NCBI GenBank assembly: GCA_040005235.1
Contig: JBDTZG010000008.1
Coordinates: 32,001 to 96,000, forward strand
Direction: 5' to 3'
Length of the DNA: 64,000 nucleotides
Source of the DNA: Acidobacteriota bacterium
GTDB taxonomy: Bacteria; Acidobacteriota; Thermoanaerobaculia; Multivoradales; UBA5704
Shown here: one piece after another, positions 54,763 through 64,000 of the stretch
Layout: each line of letters starts with the position of its first letter
Position numbering within the stretch: position 1 is the first letter of the stretch
Position numbers and translations under genes: made by a program
The notes under the pieces: generated by a model
What the model was told of the DNA's origin: nothing
Database searches by the model: none
The model's input: the letters and a program-made list of their open reading frames with translations, nothing else

Positions 54763-55386
54763 ATGTCGCGCGTTCCTTCTTATCTCGCCTTCCTCGCCGC
54801 AGCAACCGTCTGCGGGATATCCGCGACCGCCGCCGCATCGGCGGCCGCTGCGCTGCCGGGCAAATTCCATCGTCTCACCCTGCCGAGCGCGAGCCCGAAG
54901 TTTCCGTTCCCCTACACGATCGAGGTCCCCGAAGGGTGGACCGCTCGCCAGGTGCTGAACGATCCGGGTCTTTGGATCGGCCCGCCGGACGCCAAGCCGA
55001 ACGTCGATCCGCGGTTCATCTACGTGCGGATCTCCACCGTCTCGCTCGCAGATCCGAATTCGGTCGTCGCGGCGATCCGCGAGAACGACGCCAAGGACGA
55101 TACTTGGAAAGCGGTCGTCGCGGTCAAAGAGGTCCACGGCGCGCGCGGCGTGCTGGTGCAGATCGATCGGGGCAAGGACGCCGAAGCGCGCTCCAGCCTG
55201 ACGCTCAAGCTGCCGCTGCCCAAGACCAGCGTCGATTTCGTCGGCCAGGCCGGCAAGGCCGACTTCGCCAAGCAGCGTCCGCTCTACGAGCGAATCCTGT
55301 TCTCGGCCCAGCCGGTCCCCATGCCGGCGGCGCCCGCGACGCCGGCAGCCGCCAAGCCGGCGCCGGCCACCAAGCCCGGCGGGTAG
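54763..55386 (+). CDS. Secreted hypothetical protein (possibly PsbP/DcrB-like fold)
   Basis: GAGGAG RBS. Signal peptide. YTIEVPEGW motif. Pro/Ala-rich tail. Confidence 0.6.
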   Translation: MSRVPSYLAFLAAATVCGISATAAASAAAALPGKFHRLTLPSASPKFPFPYTIEVPEGWTARQVLNDPGLWIGPPDAKPNVDPRFIYVRISTVSLADPNSVVAAIRENDAKDDTWKAVVAVKEVHGARGVLVQIDRGKDAEARSSLTLKLPLPKTSVDFVGQAGKADFAKQRPLYERILFSAQPVPMPAAPATPAAAKPAPATKPGG

Positions 55387-55392
55387 GCGGCG

Positions 55393-55959
55393 ATGCCGAT
55401 CCATCCGTTCGAAGGGCGCCGGCCCCGGCTCGGCGCACGGGTCTGGCTCGCCCCGTCGGCCCATGTGGCGGGCGACGTGACGCTCGGCGACGACGTCTCT
55501 TTCTGGTTCCATACGATCGCCCGCGGCGACGTTCATTGGATTCGGATCGGTGCGCGAACCAACGTCCAGGATGGTTCGGTGCTCCACGTCACCCACGAAC
55601 GGTTTCCGCTCTCGATCGGCGCAGACGTGGTGATCGGCCATCAGGCGACGGTCCACGGCTGCACGGTCGAAGACGGCGCGTTGATCGGCATTGGGGCCAG
55701 AGTGTTGGACGGCGCGGTGGTCGAAACCGGGGCGCAGATCGGGGCCGGCGCCGTGGTGGCCCCCGGGCATCGCATCCCGGCGGGAATGCTCGCGCTGGGC
55801 ATACCGGCGCGGCCGGTGCGCGAGTTGTCGGAGGCGGAGCGAGCGGAAATCCGCGCCATCGCCGCTCGCTATGCGGCGCTCAAGGAGCGGTACCGGTTGG
55901 AGCTCGCGGCAACTCCGGACGTTCTCGATCCCGAGGCGACGCCGGATTCCCAAAATTAG
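55393..55959 (+). CDS. Gamma carbonic anhydrase family (YrdA-like) hexapeptide-repeat protein
   Basis: ARGDV, TNVQDGSVLH and GHQATVHGC. Confidence 0.92.
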   Translation: MPIHPFEGRRPRLGARVWLAPSAHVAGDVTLGDDVSFWFHTIARGDVHWIRIGARTNVQDGSVLHVTHERFPLSIGADVVIGHQATVHGCTVEDGALIGIGARVLDGAVVETGAQIGAGAVVAPGHRIPAGMLALGIPARPVRELSEAERAEIRAIAARYAALKERYRLELAATPDVLDPEATPDSQN

Positions 55960-55984
55960 CGGTTTGCATGCGAGGTCTCTACCA

Positions 55985-57766
55985 GTGAATACCCGGCGCG
56001 GCGCAGGAACGATTGGACCAGACGACATCGGGAGCTCGGTGCTCCTCAAAGCTTGGGTACAGCGACGCCGCGATCACGGCGGCGTGATTTTTCTCGATCT
56101 GCGCGATCGCAGCGGCGTGGTCCAAGTGGTGATCAAGCCCGATCTCCAGCCGGAAGCGGCCTCGGCGCTCGGGGCGGTTCGCTCCGAATGGGTGATCGAG
56201 GTCGAGGGCCGGGTGGTGGCGCGGACTCCCGAGAACGTGAATCCGGAGGTCGCGACCGGCACGCTTGAGGTTCTCGCGGACCGCGGCGTGGTGCTCACCC
56301 GCGCCGAGCCGCTGCCGATCCCGCTCGACGGGCGGGTCGAGGCGGGCGAGGATCTTCGCCTGCGCTACCGCTATCTCGACCTGCGCGGCGCGGAGCTGCA
56401 GAAGAATCTGATGCTTCGCCATCGGGTGGTCCACGAGGCGCGCAATTATTTTCACGACGCCGAGTTCATCGACGTCGAGACGCCGATTCTCACCCGTTCG
56501 ACCCCGGAAGGGGCGCGCGACTACCTGGTCCCCAGCCGCGTCCACCGCGGCTCGTTCTACGCCCTGCCGCAGTCGCCGCAGCTGTTCAAACAGCTGTTGA
56601 TGGTCGCCGGTTTCGAGCGCTACGTGCAGTTCGCCCGCTGTTTCCGCGACGAGGACCTGCGCGCCGACCGCCAGCCGGAATTCACCCAGATCGACCTCGA
56701 AATGTCCTTCCCGACCGAGGAGGAGATCTACGAGCTGATCGAGGGACTGTTCCGGCGCATCTTCCCGCTCTCGCCGCTCGGCATCGAGCTGCCGCAGCCG
56801 TTCCCGCGCCTCACCTATGCCGACGCGGTCGCGCGTTACGGCAGCGACCGGCCCGACCTGCGCTTCGAATTGGAGATCCGCGATCTCACCGAGCGGCTCG
56901 GGGGGACCGGCTTCCGGGGATTCTCCGAAGCGGCGGCGAGCGGCGGCGCGATTCGCGGCTTCGCGATCCCGGGCGCCGCGGAGGCGAGCCGCAAGCAGGT
57001 CGACGGCTGGATCGAAATCGCCCGCCGCACCGGCGCGGCCGGCGTGCTGACCTTGAAGCGCAAAGCGGGCGAGACGATCTTCCAGGTGAAAGGTGCGCTC
57101 ACCGAAGGCGAGGTCGCGGGCGCAGCCGACGCGCTCGGTCTCGAAGAAGGGGCGCTCGCGCTCCTGGTTGCCGGACCGGCCAAGACCGTGGCCGCGGCGC
57201 TCGGAGCTCTGCGGCTGGAGCTGGCGAAAACCTACGGATTGATTCCCGCCGGGCGCCACGCGTTCCTTTGGGTGACCGACTTTCCGCTGTTCGAACGGAA
57301 TTCGGAAGGCAACCGCTGGGACGCTATGCACCACCCGTTCACCAGCCCCGACCCGCGCGACTTCGAGCTGCTGGCGACCGACCCGGGGCGCGTTCGCGCG
57401 CGGGCCTACGACGTGGTGATGGACGGTATCGAGCTGGGCGGCGGATCGATCCGGATTCACGATCCGGAGGTCCAAGCGCAAATGTTCCGGCTGCTCGGAA
57501 TCGACGACGCCGAAGCCGAGGCGCGTTTCGGCTGGTTCCGCGAGGCGCTGCGCTACGGCACGCCGCCGCACGGCGGGATCGCGCTCGGTCTCGATCGGAT
57601 GGTCATGCTGCTCGCGGGAGCTTCATCGATTCGCGACGTGATCGCGTTTCCGAAGACCGCTTCGGCGACCGACCTGCTCACCGAAGCCCCCTCCACGGTC
57701 GATGCCCGCCAGCTGGCCGAGCTGGGAATCCAGCTCGCGCGGCCGGCACGCCCGGCCGAGGCCTGA
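55985..57766 (+). CDS. aspS: Aspartate--tRNA ligase (probably non-discriminating Asp/Asn type)
   Basis: RRRDHGGVIFLDLRD, TPEGARDYLVP, LPQSPQLFKQ, FRDEDLRADRQPEFTQ, HHPFT and PPHGGIALGLDR. GTG start inferred. Confidence 0.95.
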   Translation: MNTRRGAGTIGPDDIGSSVLLKAWVQRRRDHGGVIFLDLRDRSGVVQVVIKPDLQPEAASALGAVRSEWVIEVEGRVVARTPENVNPEVATGTLEVLADRGVVLTRAEPLPIPLDGRVEAGEDLRLRYRYLDLRGAELQKNLMLRHRVVHEARNYFHDAEFIDVETPILTRSTPEGARDYLVPSRVHRGSFYALPQSPQLFKQLLMVAGFERYVQFARCFRDEDLRADRQPEFTQIDLEMSFPTEEEIYELIEGLFRRIFPLSPLGIELPQPFPRLTYADAVARYGSDRPDLRFELEIRDLTERLGGTGFRGFSEAAASGGAIRGFAIPGAAEASRKQVDGWIEIARRTGAAGVLTLKRKAGETIFQVKGALTEGEVAGAADALGLEEGALALLVAGPAKTVAAALGALRLELAKTYGLIPAGRHAFLWVTDFPLFERNSEGNRWDAMHHPFTSPDPRDFELLATDPGRVRARAYDVVMDGIELGGGSIRIHDPEVQAQMFRLLGIDDAEAEARFGWFREALRYGTPPHGGIALGLDRMVMLLAGASSIRDVIAFPKTASATDLLTEAPSTVDARQLAELGIQLARPARPAEA

Positions 57767-57776
57767 TTCGAGCCGC

Positions 57777-59150
57777 ATGGCCTGGACCGAGGACCTGCTG
57801 GCCAACCACGCCGCGCTGTCGGAGGTGGACATTCGCTTTCGCGATTTTGCGATGGCCACCCCCAACTGCCTGGACATGGACTACCTGTTGAAGTTTGGGT
57901 TCCAGGAGCCCGAGTCCGTCTACTACACCGGCGGGCTTCACCCTTGGCCGTTCTTCGTCGGCCGCCAGATGCGCTCCGAGCTGGAGCGCGTGACCCTCGG
58001 CCTGTCGCGCCTGCATCGCCTGATCCCGGAACGGATCTTCGACAACGATCCGGAGCGGATCGCGGCCTACTACGGACTCGATCCGCTGTTCACCGAGCTT
58101 CTGGTCGAGCCGCCGAACGGGCTCGATTCGGCGCTCGCGCGGGCCGACCTGGTGGGATCGAGCGATGGCTTGAAGTGCGTCGAATTCAACTTCGGTTCCC
58201 GCCTGGGCGGCACCGAGGCGAGATACCGCACGGGGATCTATCGCCAAGTGCCCGAGTTTCAGGAATTCCTGGCACGAGAGGGGCTCTCCTGGGCGCATCG
58301 CGACACGGTGCGCGAGATGTTCGCGCATTTCTTCGACGAGGCGCTGCGGCTCGGGCTGGGCAAGGAAGGGACGCTGAACCTCGGCCTGCTGATCGATCAG
58401 CCGTTGCTGTTCGGAATGGGCGAGCGCTTTGCCCGCGAATTTGACGCCGCGCTACGCGACTCCGGCCTGCCGCTCGGCGGCCGCCTGCACGTCTGTTGGC
58501 AGCACCAATTGCGAGAGGAGGAGGGCGCCCTTCGCCTCGCCGGCGCCCGTCTCCATGGCCTGGTCGAAATGACCGTTCGCGGTACCCATCCCGCCGTCTA
58601 TCCGCTCGCCGCCGCGGGCGAGCTCGTGCTGTTCAACGGGCCGATCCACGCGATCCTCGCGGGCAAGCAGAATCTCGCGTTGCTCTCGGAGTACCAGGAC
58701 TCGGAGTGCTTCACCGCCGAAGAGCGGGAGCTGCTCCGCGGCCACCTGCCGTGGACCCGTGTGGTGGAGCGGAAAGACGTGCGCTTCGACGGCCGCGATT
58801 GGGATCTGCCGACCCTGCTCGCGGAGCGTCGGGGTGACCTGGTTTTGAAGTCCTGCCGGTCGCTCGGGGGTAAGGACGTGGCGATCGGCCGGGCCTCGAC
58901 CGACGCGGAGTGGCAGGCGGCGATCGACACCGCGCTGTCGGGCGATCTTTGGATCGTTCAGGAGTTCGTGGTCTCCAAAAGCTATCTGGCGCTTTCCGAC
59001 GCCGGGGTCGAGCGCCACGATCTGATCTGGGGTCCGTTCGCCTTCGGCTCCCGCTTCGGCGGCAACTTCCTTCGCCTGCAGCCGACGCGGGTCGGCGGGG
59101 CGATCAACGCCAGCCGGACCGGCTCGGCAAGCAGCATGTACGAAGTCTGA
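57777..59150 (+). CDS. Circularly permuted ATP-grasp / glutathionylspermidine-synthase-like ligase, paralogue A
   Basis: ARADL...CVEFN, GKQNLALL, HLPWT, LVLKS...GGKDV and WIVQEFV. Confidence 0.75.
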   Translation: MAWTEDLLANHAALSEVDIRFRDFAMATPNCLDMDYLLKFGFQEPESVYYTGGLHPWPFFVGRQMRSELERVTLGLSRLHRLIPERIFDNDPERIAAYYGLDPLFTELLVEPPNGLDSALARADLVGSSDGLKCVEFNFGSRLGGTEARYRTGIYRQVPEFQEFLAREGLSWAHRDTVREMFAHFFDEALRLGLGKEGTLNLGLLIDQPLLFGMGERFAREFDAALRDSGLPLGGRLHVCWQHQLREEEGALRLAGARLHGLVEMTVRGTHPAVYPLAAAGELVLFNGPIHAILAGKQNLALLSEYQDSECFTAEERELLRGHLPWTRVVERKDVRFDGRDWDLPTLLAERRGDLVLKSCRSLGGKDVAIGRASTDAEWQAAIDTALSGDLWIVQEFVVSKSYLALSDAGVERHDLIWGPFAFGSRFGGNFLRLQPTRVGGAINASRTGSASSMYEV

Positions 59151-59159
59151 GGACCGCCC

Positions 59160-60539
59160 ATGGCCTGGACCCAAGAGCTGCTCGACAACCACCGGGCGCT
59201 GTCCGAAACCGACGTCCGCTTCCGTGACTTCGCGATGGCCAACCCGAAATGTCTCGATCTGGAATACCTCATGGGGTTCGGCTTCCGCGAGGACGAGGTG
59301 CTCTATTACACGGGCATCCTGCATCCGTGGCCGTTCTTCGCCGGTCCGGACGTGCTCGCCGAGATCGAGCGGGTGACGATGGGGCTCTCGCGACTGCACC
59401 GCCGGATTCCGGAGCGGATCTTCGACAACGACCCGGAACGGATCGCCGAACATTTCGGGCTCGATCCGCTCTACGCAGAGCTGCTGCTCGAACCCCCGAA
59501 CGGCCTCGATTCCGCGCTCGGCCGCGCCGACCTGGCCTGGTCGGAGGGCGGCGGGTTCAAGTGCCTGGAGTTCAACTTCGGCGCCCGCATCGGCGGCGGA
59601 GAATCGAGGTTTCGCGCCGAGCGTTACGAGCGGGTGCCCGAGCTGCGCGAGTTCTTCGAGCGCGAGGGAATCCCCTGGACGGCGCAGAAGAACACCACGC
59701 GCGAGATCTTCCACCACTTTCTCGACGAGGCGTTGAAGCTGGGCCTCGGCCGGGAGGGATATTTGAACCTCTCGATGCTGCTCCACCAGAAGCTCGATTT
59801 CGGACTGGCAGAGCGGTTCAAGGGCGAATTCGATCTCGCGCTCGCCGAGCGCGGCCTGCCGCTCGGCGGTCGCCTTTACCTCTCTCAGCTCGAAGAGCTG
59901 TACGAGAAGGACGGCGCGCTCTACTCGGGAGACCGGCGGATTCACGGCATGATCGAGATGACCCCGAAATGGACCCATCCGGCCGCCTATCCGCTCGCAG
60001 CGGCCGGCGAGCTGGTGCTGTTCAACGGGCCGATCCATTGGATTCTGTCGGGCAAGAATAATCTGGCGCTCCTATCCGAGAACCAGGATTCGGATCGGTT
60101 CACGCCGGAGGAGCGCGAGCTGCTTTCCGCCCATCTTCCCTGGACCCGCATAGTCAACCGGCGCGAGGTGAGGTTCGACGGTAAAGATTGGGACCTAAAG
60201 ACGCTGCTGGCCGAGCGCCGCGGCGATCTGGTGCTCAAATCGTGCCGCTCGCTCGGGGGCAAGGACGTGGTGGTCGGCCGCGCCAGCACGGACGAACGCT
60301 GGCAGGAGGCGATCGACACCGCCTTTTCGGGCGACCTTTGGATCGTCCAGGAGTTCGTTCCTTCGCGGGGTTTCCTGGCGCTCTCGGCCGAGGGGGTCGA
60401 GCCCCACGACCTGATCTGGGGGCCGTTCGCCTTCGGCGACCGCTTCGGCGGGACCTTCCTACGCCTGCAACCGGCCCGGATCGGCGGGCCGATCAACGTC
60501 AAGCGCGCGGGCTCCGCCGCCAGCTTGTTCGAACCTTGA
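59160..60539 (+). CDS. Circularly permuted ATP-grasp / glutathionylspermidine-synthase-like ligase, paralogue B
   Basis: Same motifs as paralogue A and colinear with it over the full length. GAGG RBS. Confidence 0.75.
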   Translation: MAWTQELLDNHRALSETDVRFRDFAMANPKCLDLEYLMGFGFREDEVLYYTGILHPWPFFAGPDVLAEIERVTMGLSRLHRRIPERIFDNDPERIAEHFGLDPLYAELLLEPPNGLDSALGRADLAWSEGGGFKCLEFNFGARIGGGESRFRAERYERVPELREFFEREGIPWTAQKNTTREIFHHFLDEALKLGLGREGYLNLSMLLHQKLDFGLAERFKGEFDLALAERGLPLGGRLYLSQLEELYEKDGALYSGDRRIHGMIEMTPKWTHPAAYPLAAAGELVLFNGPIHWILSGKNNLALLSENQDSDRFTPEERELLSAHLPWTRIVNRREVRFDGKDWDLKTLLAERRGDLVLKSCRSLGGKDVVVGRASTDERWQEAIDTAFSGDLWIVQEFVPSRGFLALSAEGVEPHDLIWGPFAFGDRFGGTFLRLQPARIGGPINVKRAGSAASLFEP

Positions 60540-60563
60540 GGCCCCCTTCGTGAGCCAACTTCC

Positions 60564-61673
60564 GTGAGCGAAATTTTTCGATCTACCTTGGCGCACGGCC
60601 GCGGCGGCTCGGGGGTGACCTCGATCCTGATCGGGCCGGGCGCGCTTTCGGCCGGCGCCGAGTTGGCCTCCTCGTTCGTCGCAGACCGCACCGTCTTCCT
60701 GATCTCCAGCCGGCCCCTGTTGGAGCTTCATGGCTACCGGCTCGGACCGCTCTGCGGCCGGGCGCGGCGCTGTGAAGTGCTGGAGATCCCCGACGGCGAA
60801 GCGGCGAAATCGACCGAGGTGCTCGACGGTCTTTGGCGGCGGATGGCTCTCTCCGGCGGCAAGCGCGACAGCCGGGTGCTGGCGTTCGGCGGCGGCAGCG
60901 TCGGCGACCTCGCCGGCTTTGCGGCGGGCTGCTTCCTGCGTGGCCTGGATTTCGCGCAGCTGCCGACCACGCTGCTCGCCCAGGTGGATGCCTCGATCGG
61001 CGGCAAGACCGGCATCGACCTGCCCGAGGGCAAGAACCTGGTCGGCCTGTTCCATCATCCCGAGCTGGTGATCGCCGACACCGACGTGCTTGGGACTCTG
61101 CCGCCCGCGGAGCTGCGCTCCGGCCTGGTCGAGGCGATCAAGATGGCGGCGTTGCTCGATCTCGACCTGTTCGGGCGGATCGAGCGCGACCTGCCCGCGC
61201 TGCTGTCCGCCGAGCCCGGAGCGCTCGCTCCGGTGGTCGCGGCGGCGGCGGCGGCGAAGGTGGCGGTGGTCGAACGCGATCCGGCCGAGGAGGGCGACCG
61301 GCGGCTGCTCAATTTCGGCCACACGCTCGGCCACGCGATCGAGGCGGCGCTTGGGTTTACCGGCCTGCGCCACGGCGAGGCGGTGGCCTATGGCCTGCTG
61401 TTCGCGCTACGCCTGTCGCGCAAGCGTGGACTGCCGGCGGAGGACGCGGAGCGTCTCCGCTCGCTGCTTTTCCGCTTGGAGCTACCGGCCCTGCCGCCGG
61501 TCGCTGGGCCTGAATTGTTGGCGGGGATTGCGCGCGACAAGAAGGCGGTCGAGGCGGGCCTTGCCTGGGTGCTTGCCGCCCGGCTGGGCCAAGGACGGAT
61601 CGAGCCGCGGGTCGACCCGGCGGAGATCGAAACGGAGCTCGTGGCGTTCCTCGCGAGCCCTTGGGCTTCGTGA
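60564..61673 (+). CDS. aroB: 3-dehydroquinate synthase
   Basis: GGGSVGDLAGF, PTTLLAQVDASIGGKTG, KNLVGLF, LNFGHTLGHAIE and HGEAV. Confidence 0.95.
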   Translation: MSEIFRSTLAHGRGGSGVTSILIGPGALSAGAELASSFVADRTVFLISSRPLLELHGYRLGPLCGRARRCEVLEIPDGEAAKSTEVLDGLWRRMALSGGKRDSRVLAFGGGSVGDLAGFAAGCFLRGLDFAQLPTTLLAQVDASIGGKTGIDLPEGKNLVGLFHHPELVIADTDVLGTLPPAELRSGLVEAIKMAALLDLDLFGRIERDLPALLSAEPGALAPVVAAAAAAKVAVVERDPAEEGDRRLLNFGHTLGHAIEAALGFTGLRHGEAVAYGLLFALRLSRKRGLPAEDAERLRSLLFRLELPALPPVAGPELLAGIARDKKAVEAGLAWVLAARLGQGRIEPRVDPAEIETELVAFLASPWAS

Positions 61674-61745
61674 ACCGTTCCGGAGCGGCAAGTCGTCTAT
61701 AATGCGAGCTTTGGAACTTAGGTCAAAATCCCGTCCAGAGCGCTC

Positions 61746-63500
61746 ATGACGAATCCTCGCAGCCTATTCCGTCGCCTTTCGCTGCGTTCGGTCCTGTTTT
61801 TCGTCCTGCTCCTCTCGGGCATCCTCCCTCTGGTGCTCTCCGGCGCGCTGCTGCTGCTGCAAAATCGCGGGCTGCTGCAAAACGCCGAGCGCGACGTGCT
61901 GATCCGCGAGGTCGGCGCGCTCTCCCGCCAGGTGGACGCCGATCTGGTGGCGACCCGCCGGGAGCTGACCCTGGTGGGTCAGGTTCTGCTCGCCACCCCC
62001 GGATCGGAGGACGTCCTCACGCGGCTCGACCAGCCGTGGGTGGCGCCCTATCTGAGCGAGGTCACCCGCACCTCGGCGGCGCGCGTGATCGGCGTCTTCG
62101 ACATCGCCGGCCACGCTTTGCTGCCGCCTTTGAGCCGCGAGCGCGGCGAAGCGGTCGACACGGCGTTTCGCATGTCGCTCTCCCACCTCGCGCCGACCTA
62201 CGTTTTCGTCCGCGGCGAGCAGAAGAATCCGCTGGCGGCGCTCGCGGTGCCGGTGCCGCCCAAGGCGCCGCGGCTCGTGGTGGTCGCCCTGTTCGCATTC
62301 ACTCCGGCCGCCGACCTCTACCGCGAGGAGGCGGGCAAGGAAGGGGCGATCGCTCTGATCGACGAACGGGGCGAGATCCTCTGGCAGCGCGGCTTCAGCC
62401 CCGAGACCACCCGCGCGTTGATCGCCTCGAAGGTGCTGGTCGACTTCAAGAACCGGCCGCTCGACCTGACCAAGGAATACGTCGTCGCCACCGCCGGCCG
62501 GCCGCAGCGCTATCTCGCCCAGGTGAGCAGCGTGCGCGAGAGCGGCTGGGGGGTGGTGGTGCAGAAGCCGGCCCGGCTGGCGTTCGAGATGGTGCGGAAG
62601 ATGCTGTGGAACACCATCGCCTCGACCGTCGTGCTGATCGGCGTGGCGCTCGGCGTCGCGTTCTTCGCCGCCCGGCGCGCCAGCCGGCCGATTCAGACCT
62701 TGGCCCAGCGCACCCACGAGATCGCCGAGGGGCATTTCGAACGGCGATTGGAATCCGAAGGGGTCGGCCGCGAGCTCGGCGATCTGGCCGAAGACTTCAA
62801 TCGCATGAGCGGCCAGCTCGAAAGTTTCGTCGAGCAGCTGCGCGCCGCGGCGCAGGCGAACCGCGATCTGTTCATCGGCTCGTTGCGCGCGTTCGCCGCC
62901 GCGATCGACGCCAAGGACCCTTACACCCGCGGCCATTCGGAGCGGGTGGCGACGTTCGCTCGCGCGATCGCCGGAAGGCTCGGTTTTTCCGATGACTTGA
63001 TCGAAAAGATTTGGATCGGCGCGCTGCTCCACGACGTGGGCAAGATCGGCGTCGACGACCGGATCTTGAAGAAAGTCGGCGTGCTCACTCCGGACGAGTA
63101 CGATCAAATGAAGCTGCACACCGTGATCGGCGCCGAAATCCTGTCGCCGATCGAGCAGCTCAAAGACGTCCTGCCCGCCGTTCGCTGGCACCATGAAAGC
63201 TGGAACGGCCGAGGCTATCCGGACGGTTTGCGCGGCGATCAGATCCCGCTTTTCGCGCGGATCGTGGCGGTCGCCGACACGTTCGATGCGGTGACCACGA
63301 ACCGACCGTATCAGCAGGCGTACGATCTTCGTTTTGCGGTCGATACGATCACCAAGCTCGCCGGCAGCCGGTTCGACGCCAAAGTGGTGACGGCGTTCCT
63401 GCGCGCCTACGACGCCGGAGAGATCCATCCGGCCGAAGACCGCGCGGCCGGCCCGCACGGTGCCGTTCAGCCCTTCGAATTAATGGTGGCCCGAGGTTAG
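61746..63500 (+). CDS. Membrane Cache-HAMP-HD-GYP phosphodiesterase
   Basis: Two TM segments. HAMP domain. KDPYTRGHSERV, LHDVGK and HHESWNGRGYP. Confidence 0.92.
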   Translation: MTNPRSLFRRLSLRSVLFFVLLLSGILPLVLSGALLLLQNRGLLQNAERDVLIREVGALSRQVDADLVATRRELTLVGQVLLATPGSEDVLTRLDQPWVAPYLSEVTRTSAARVIGVFDIAGHALLPPLSRERGEAVDTAFRMSLSHLAPTYVFVRGEQKNPLAALAVPVPPKAPRLVVVALFAFTPAADLYREEAGKEGAIALIDERGEILWQRGFSPETTRALIASKVLVDFKNRPLDLTKEYVVATAGRPQRYLAQVSSVRESGWGVVVQKPARLAFEMVRKMLWNTIASTVVLIGVALGVAFFAARRASRPIQTLAQRTHEIAEGHFERRLESEGVGRELGDLAEDFNRMSGQLESFVEQLRAAAQANRDLFIGSLRAFAAAIDAKDPYTRGHSERVATFARAIAGRLGFSDDLIEKIWIGALLHDVGKIGVDDRILKKVGVLTPDEYDQMKLHTVIGAEILSPIEQLKDVLPAVRWHHESWNGRGYPDGLRGDQIPLFARIVAVADTFDAVTTNRPYQQAYDLRFAVDTITKLAGSRFDAKVVTAFLRAYDAGEIHPAEDRAAGPHGAVQPFELMVARG

Positions 63501-63503
63501 CGC

Positions 63504-63866
63504 ATGGCATTTGAAGACACCCTGGCTCGATTGCTCGCCGCGCAGCAAGATGCCGTCGGCGTTCTGTTCCTCGACTCGACCGGCGAGACCGTTCACCTCG
63601 CCTGCGCCGAGATCTCGAAGTACGACCTGCAGGTGATCGGCGCCTATATCGGGATCTACATGCGCCATCTCGACAAGGTGATGACGCTCAATCATCTCGG
63701 CAAGACTCAGCTGATCCACATCGAGAAGCGCAAGGTCCACATCCACGTGATGATGCTGCCGGACGGCTACTGCCTGGCACTCGTGCAGCGCCATCCGGGG
63801 CAGGTGGCGCGTGCCCGCGCCCGGCTGAGGGCGGCGGGCGCCGAATTGGTGCGCGAGCTGTTCTAG
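63504..63866 (+). CDS. Roadblock/LC7 (MglB/MglC-like) domain protein
   Basis: 120 aa. AVGVLFLDSTGE...YCLALV followed by a terminal helix, matching the roadblock pattern. Confidence 0.7.
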   Translation: MAFEDTLARLLAAQQDAVGVLFLDSTGETVHLACAEISKYDLQVIGAYIGIYMRHLDKVMTLNHLGKTQLIHIEKRKVHIHVMMLPDGYCLALVQRHPGQVARARARLRAAGAELVRELF

Positions 63867-63889
63867 CTTCGCAACAAGCCAACTCTTCG

Positions 63890-64000
63890 ATGCGCGCCGT
63901 TTTGTTCGAGGGAGTCCGCCGACTCGTCTGCCAAGAGGTCCCCGACCCGGGAATCCTCGATCCGGGAGACGCGATCGTCGCCGTGCGCGCGGCAGGAGTC
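63890..64000 (+). CDS. Zinc-dependent alcohol dehydrogenase (5' fragment, runs off the window)
   Basis: MRAVLFEGVRRLVCQEVPDPGILDPGDAIVAVRAAGV is a typical MDR N-terminus. Confidence 0.75.
   Translation, partial: MRAVLFEGVRRLVCQEVPDPGILDPGDAIVAVRAAGV

Noticed and set aside
57777-60539. DGR template/variable repeat pair or assembly duplication
   Set aside because: Both copies are full-length genes with substitutions at all base types, many of them synonymous. No reverse transcriptase is present.
1-64000. tRNA, rRNA, integrase or transposase genes
   Set aside because: None recognised by eye. A tRNAscan/Infernal run would be needed to exclude small RNAs.

Overview
A high-GC bacterial window with about 50 genes. 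The gene content (many Ser/Thr kinases, HD-GYP proteins, a CHAT protease, a VPS10/BNR protein, GT-C transferases) suggests Acidobacteriota/Thermoanaerobaculia or a similar lineage; this is inference only. Housekeeping genes include phoH, LOG, cydAB, rluA-family, miaE, aspS and aroB. The best candidate for a new system is a translationally coupled three-gene operon at 3340-12004 (minus strand). It encodes a caspase-like CHAT protease fused to a STAND/NACHT NTPase, a separate 1015-aa helical protein that looks like the split-off NLR sensor half, and an internally duplicated 1113-aa polytopic membrane protein. Also notable: (1) a five-gene signalling operon with a porin, a cupredoxin, a Cache-HAMP-pseudocyclase-kinase, a GAF-HD-GYP and an FHA-GAF-cyclase; (2) tandem ATP-grasp ligase paralogues between aspS and aroB; (3) an AT-richer islet with an unknown gene plus a PIN gene; (4) two toxin-antitoxin-like pairs; (5) three genes with large internal deletions (cydA, an M48 peptidase, a TIR remnant); (6) two 21-bp periodic intergenic arrays and a REP-like inverted pair with compensatory changes. 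No rRNA, tRNA, CRISPR array or transposase was recognised. All family assignments come from reading motifs by eye, not from database searches.
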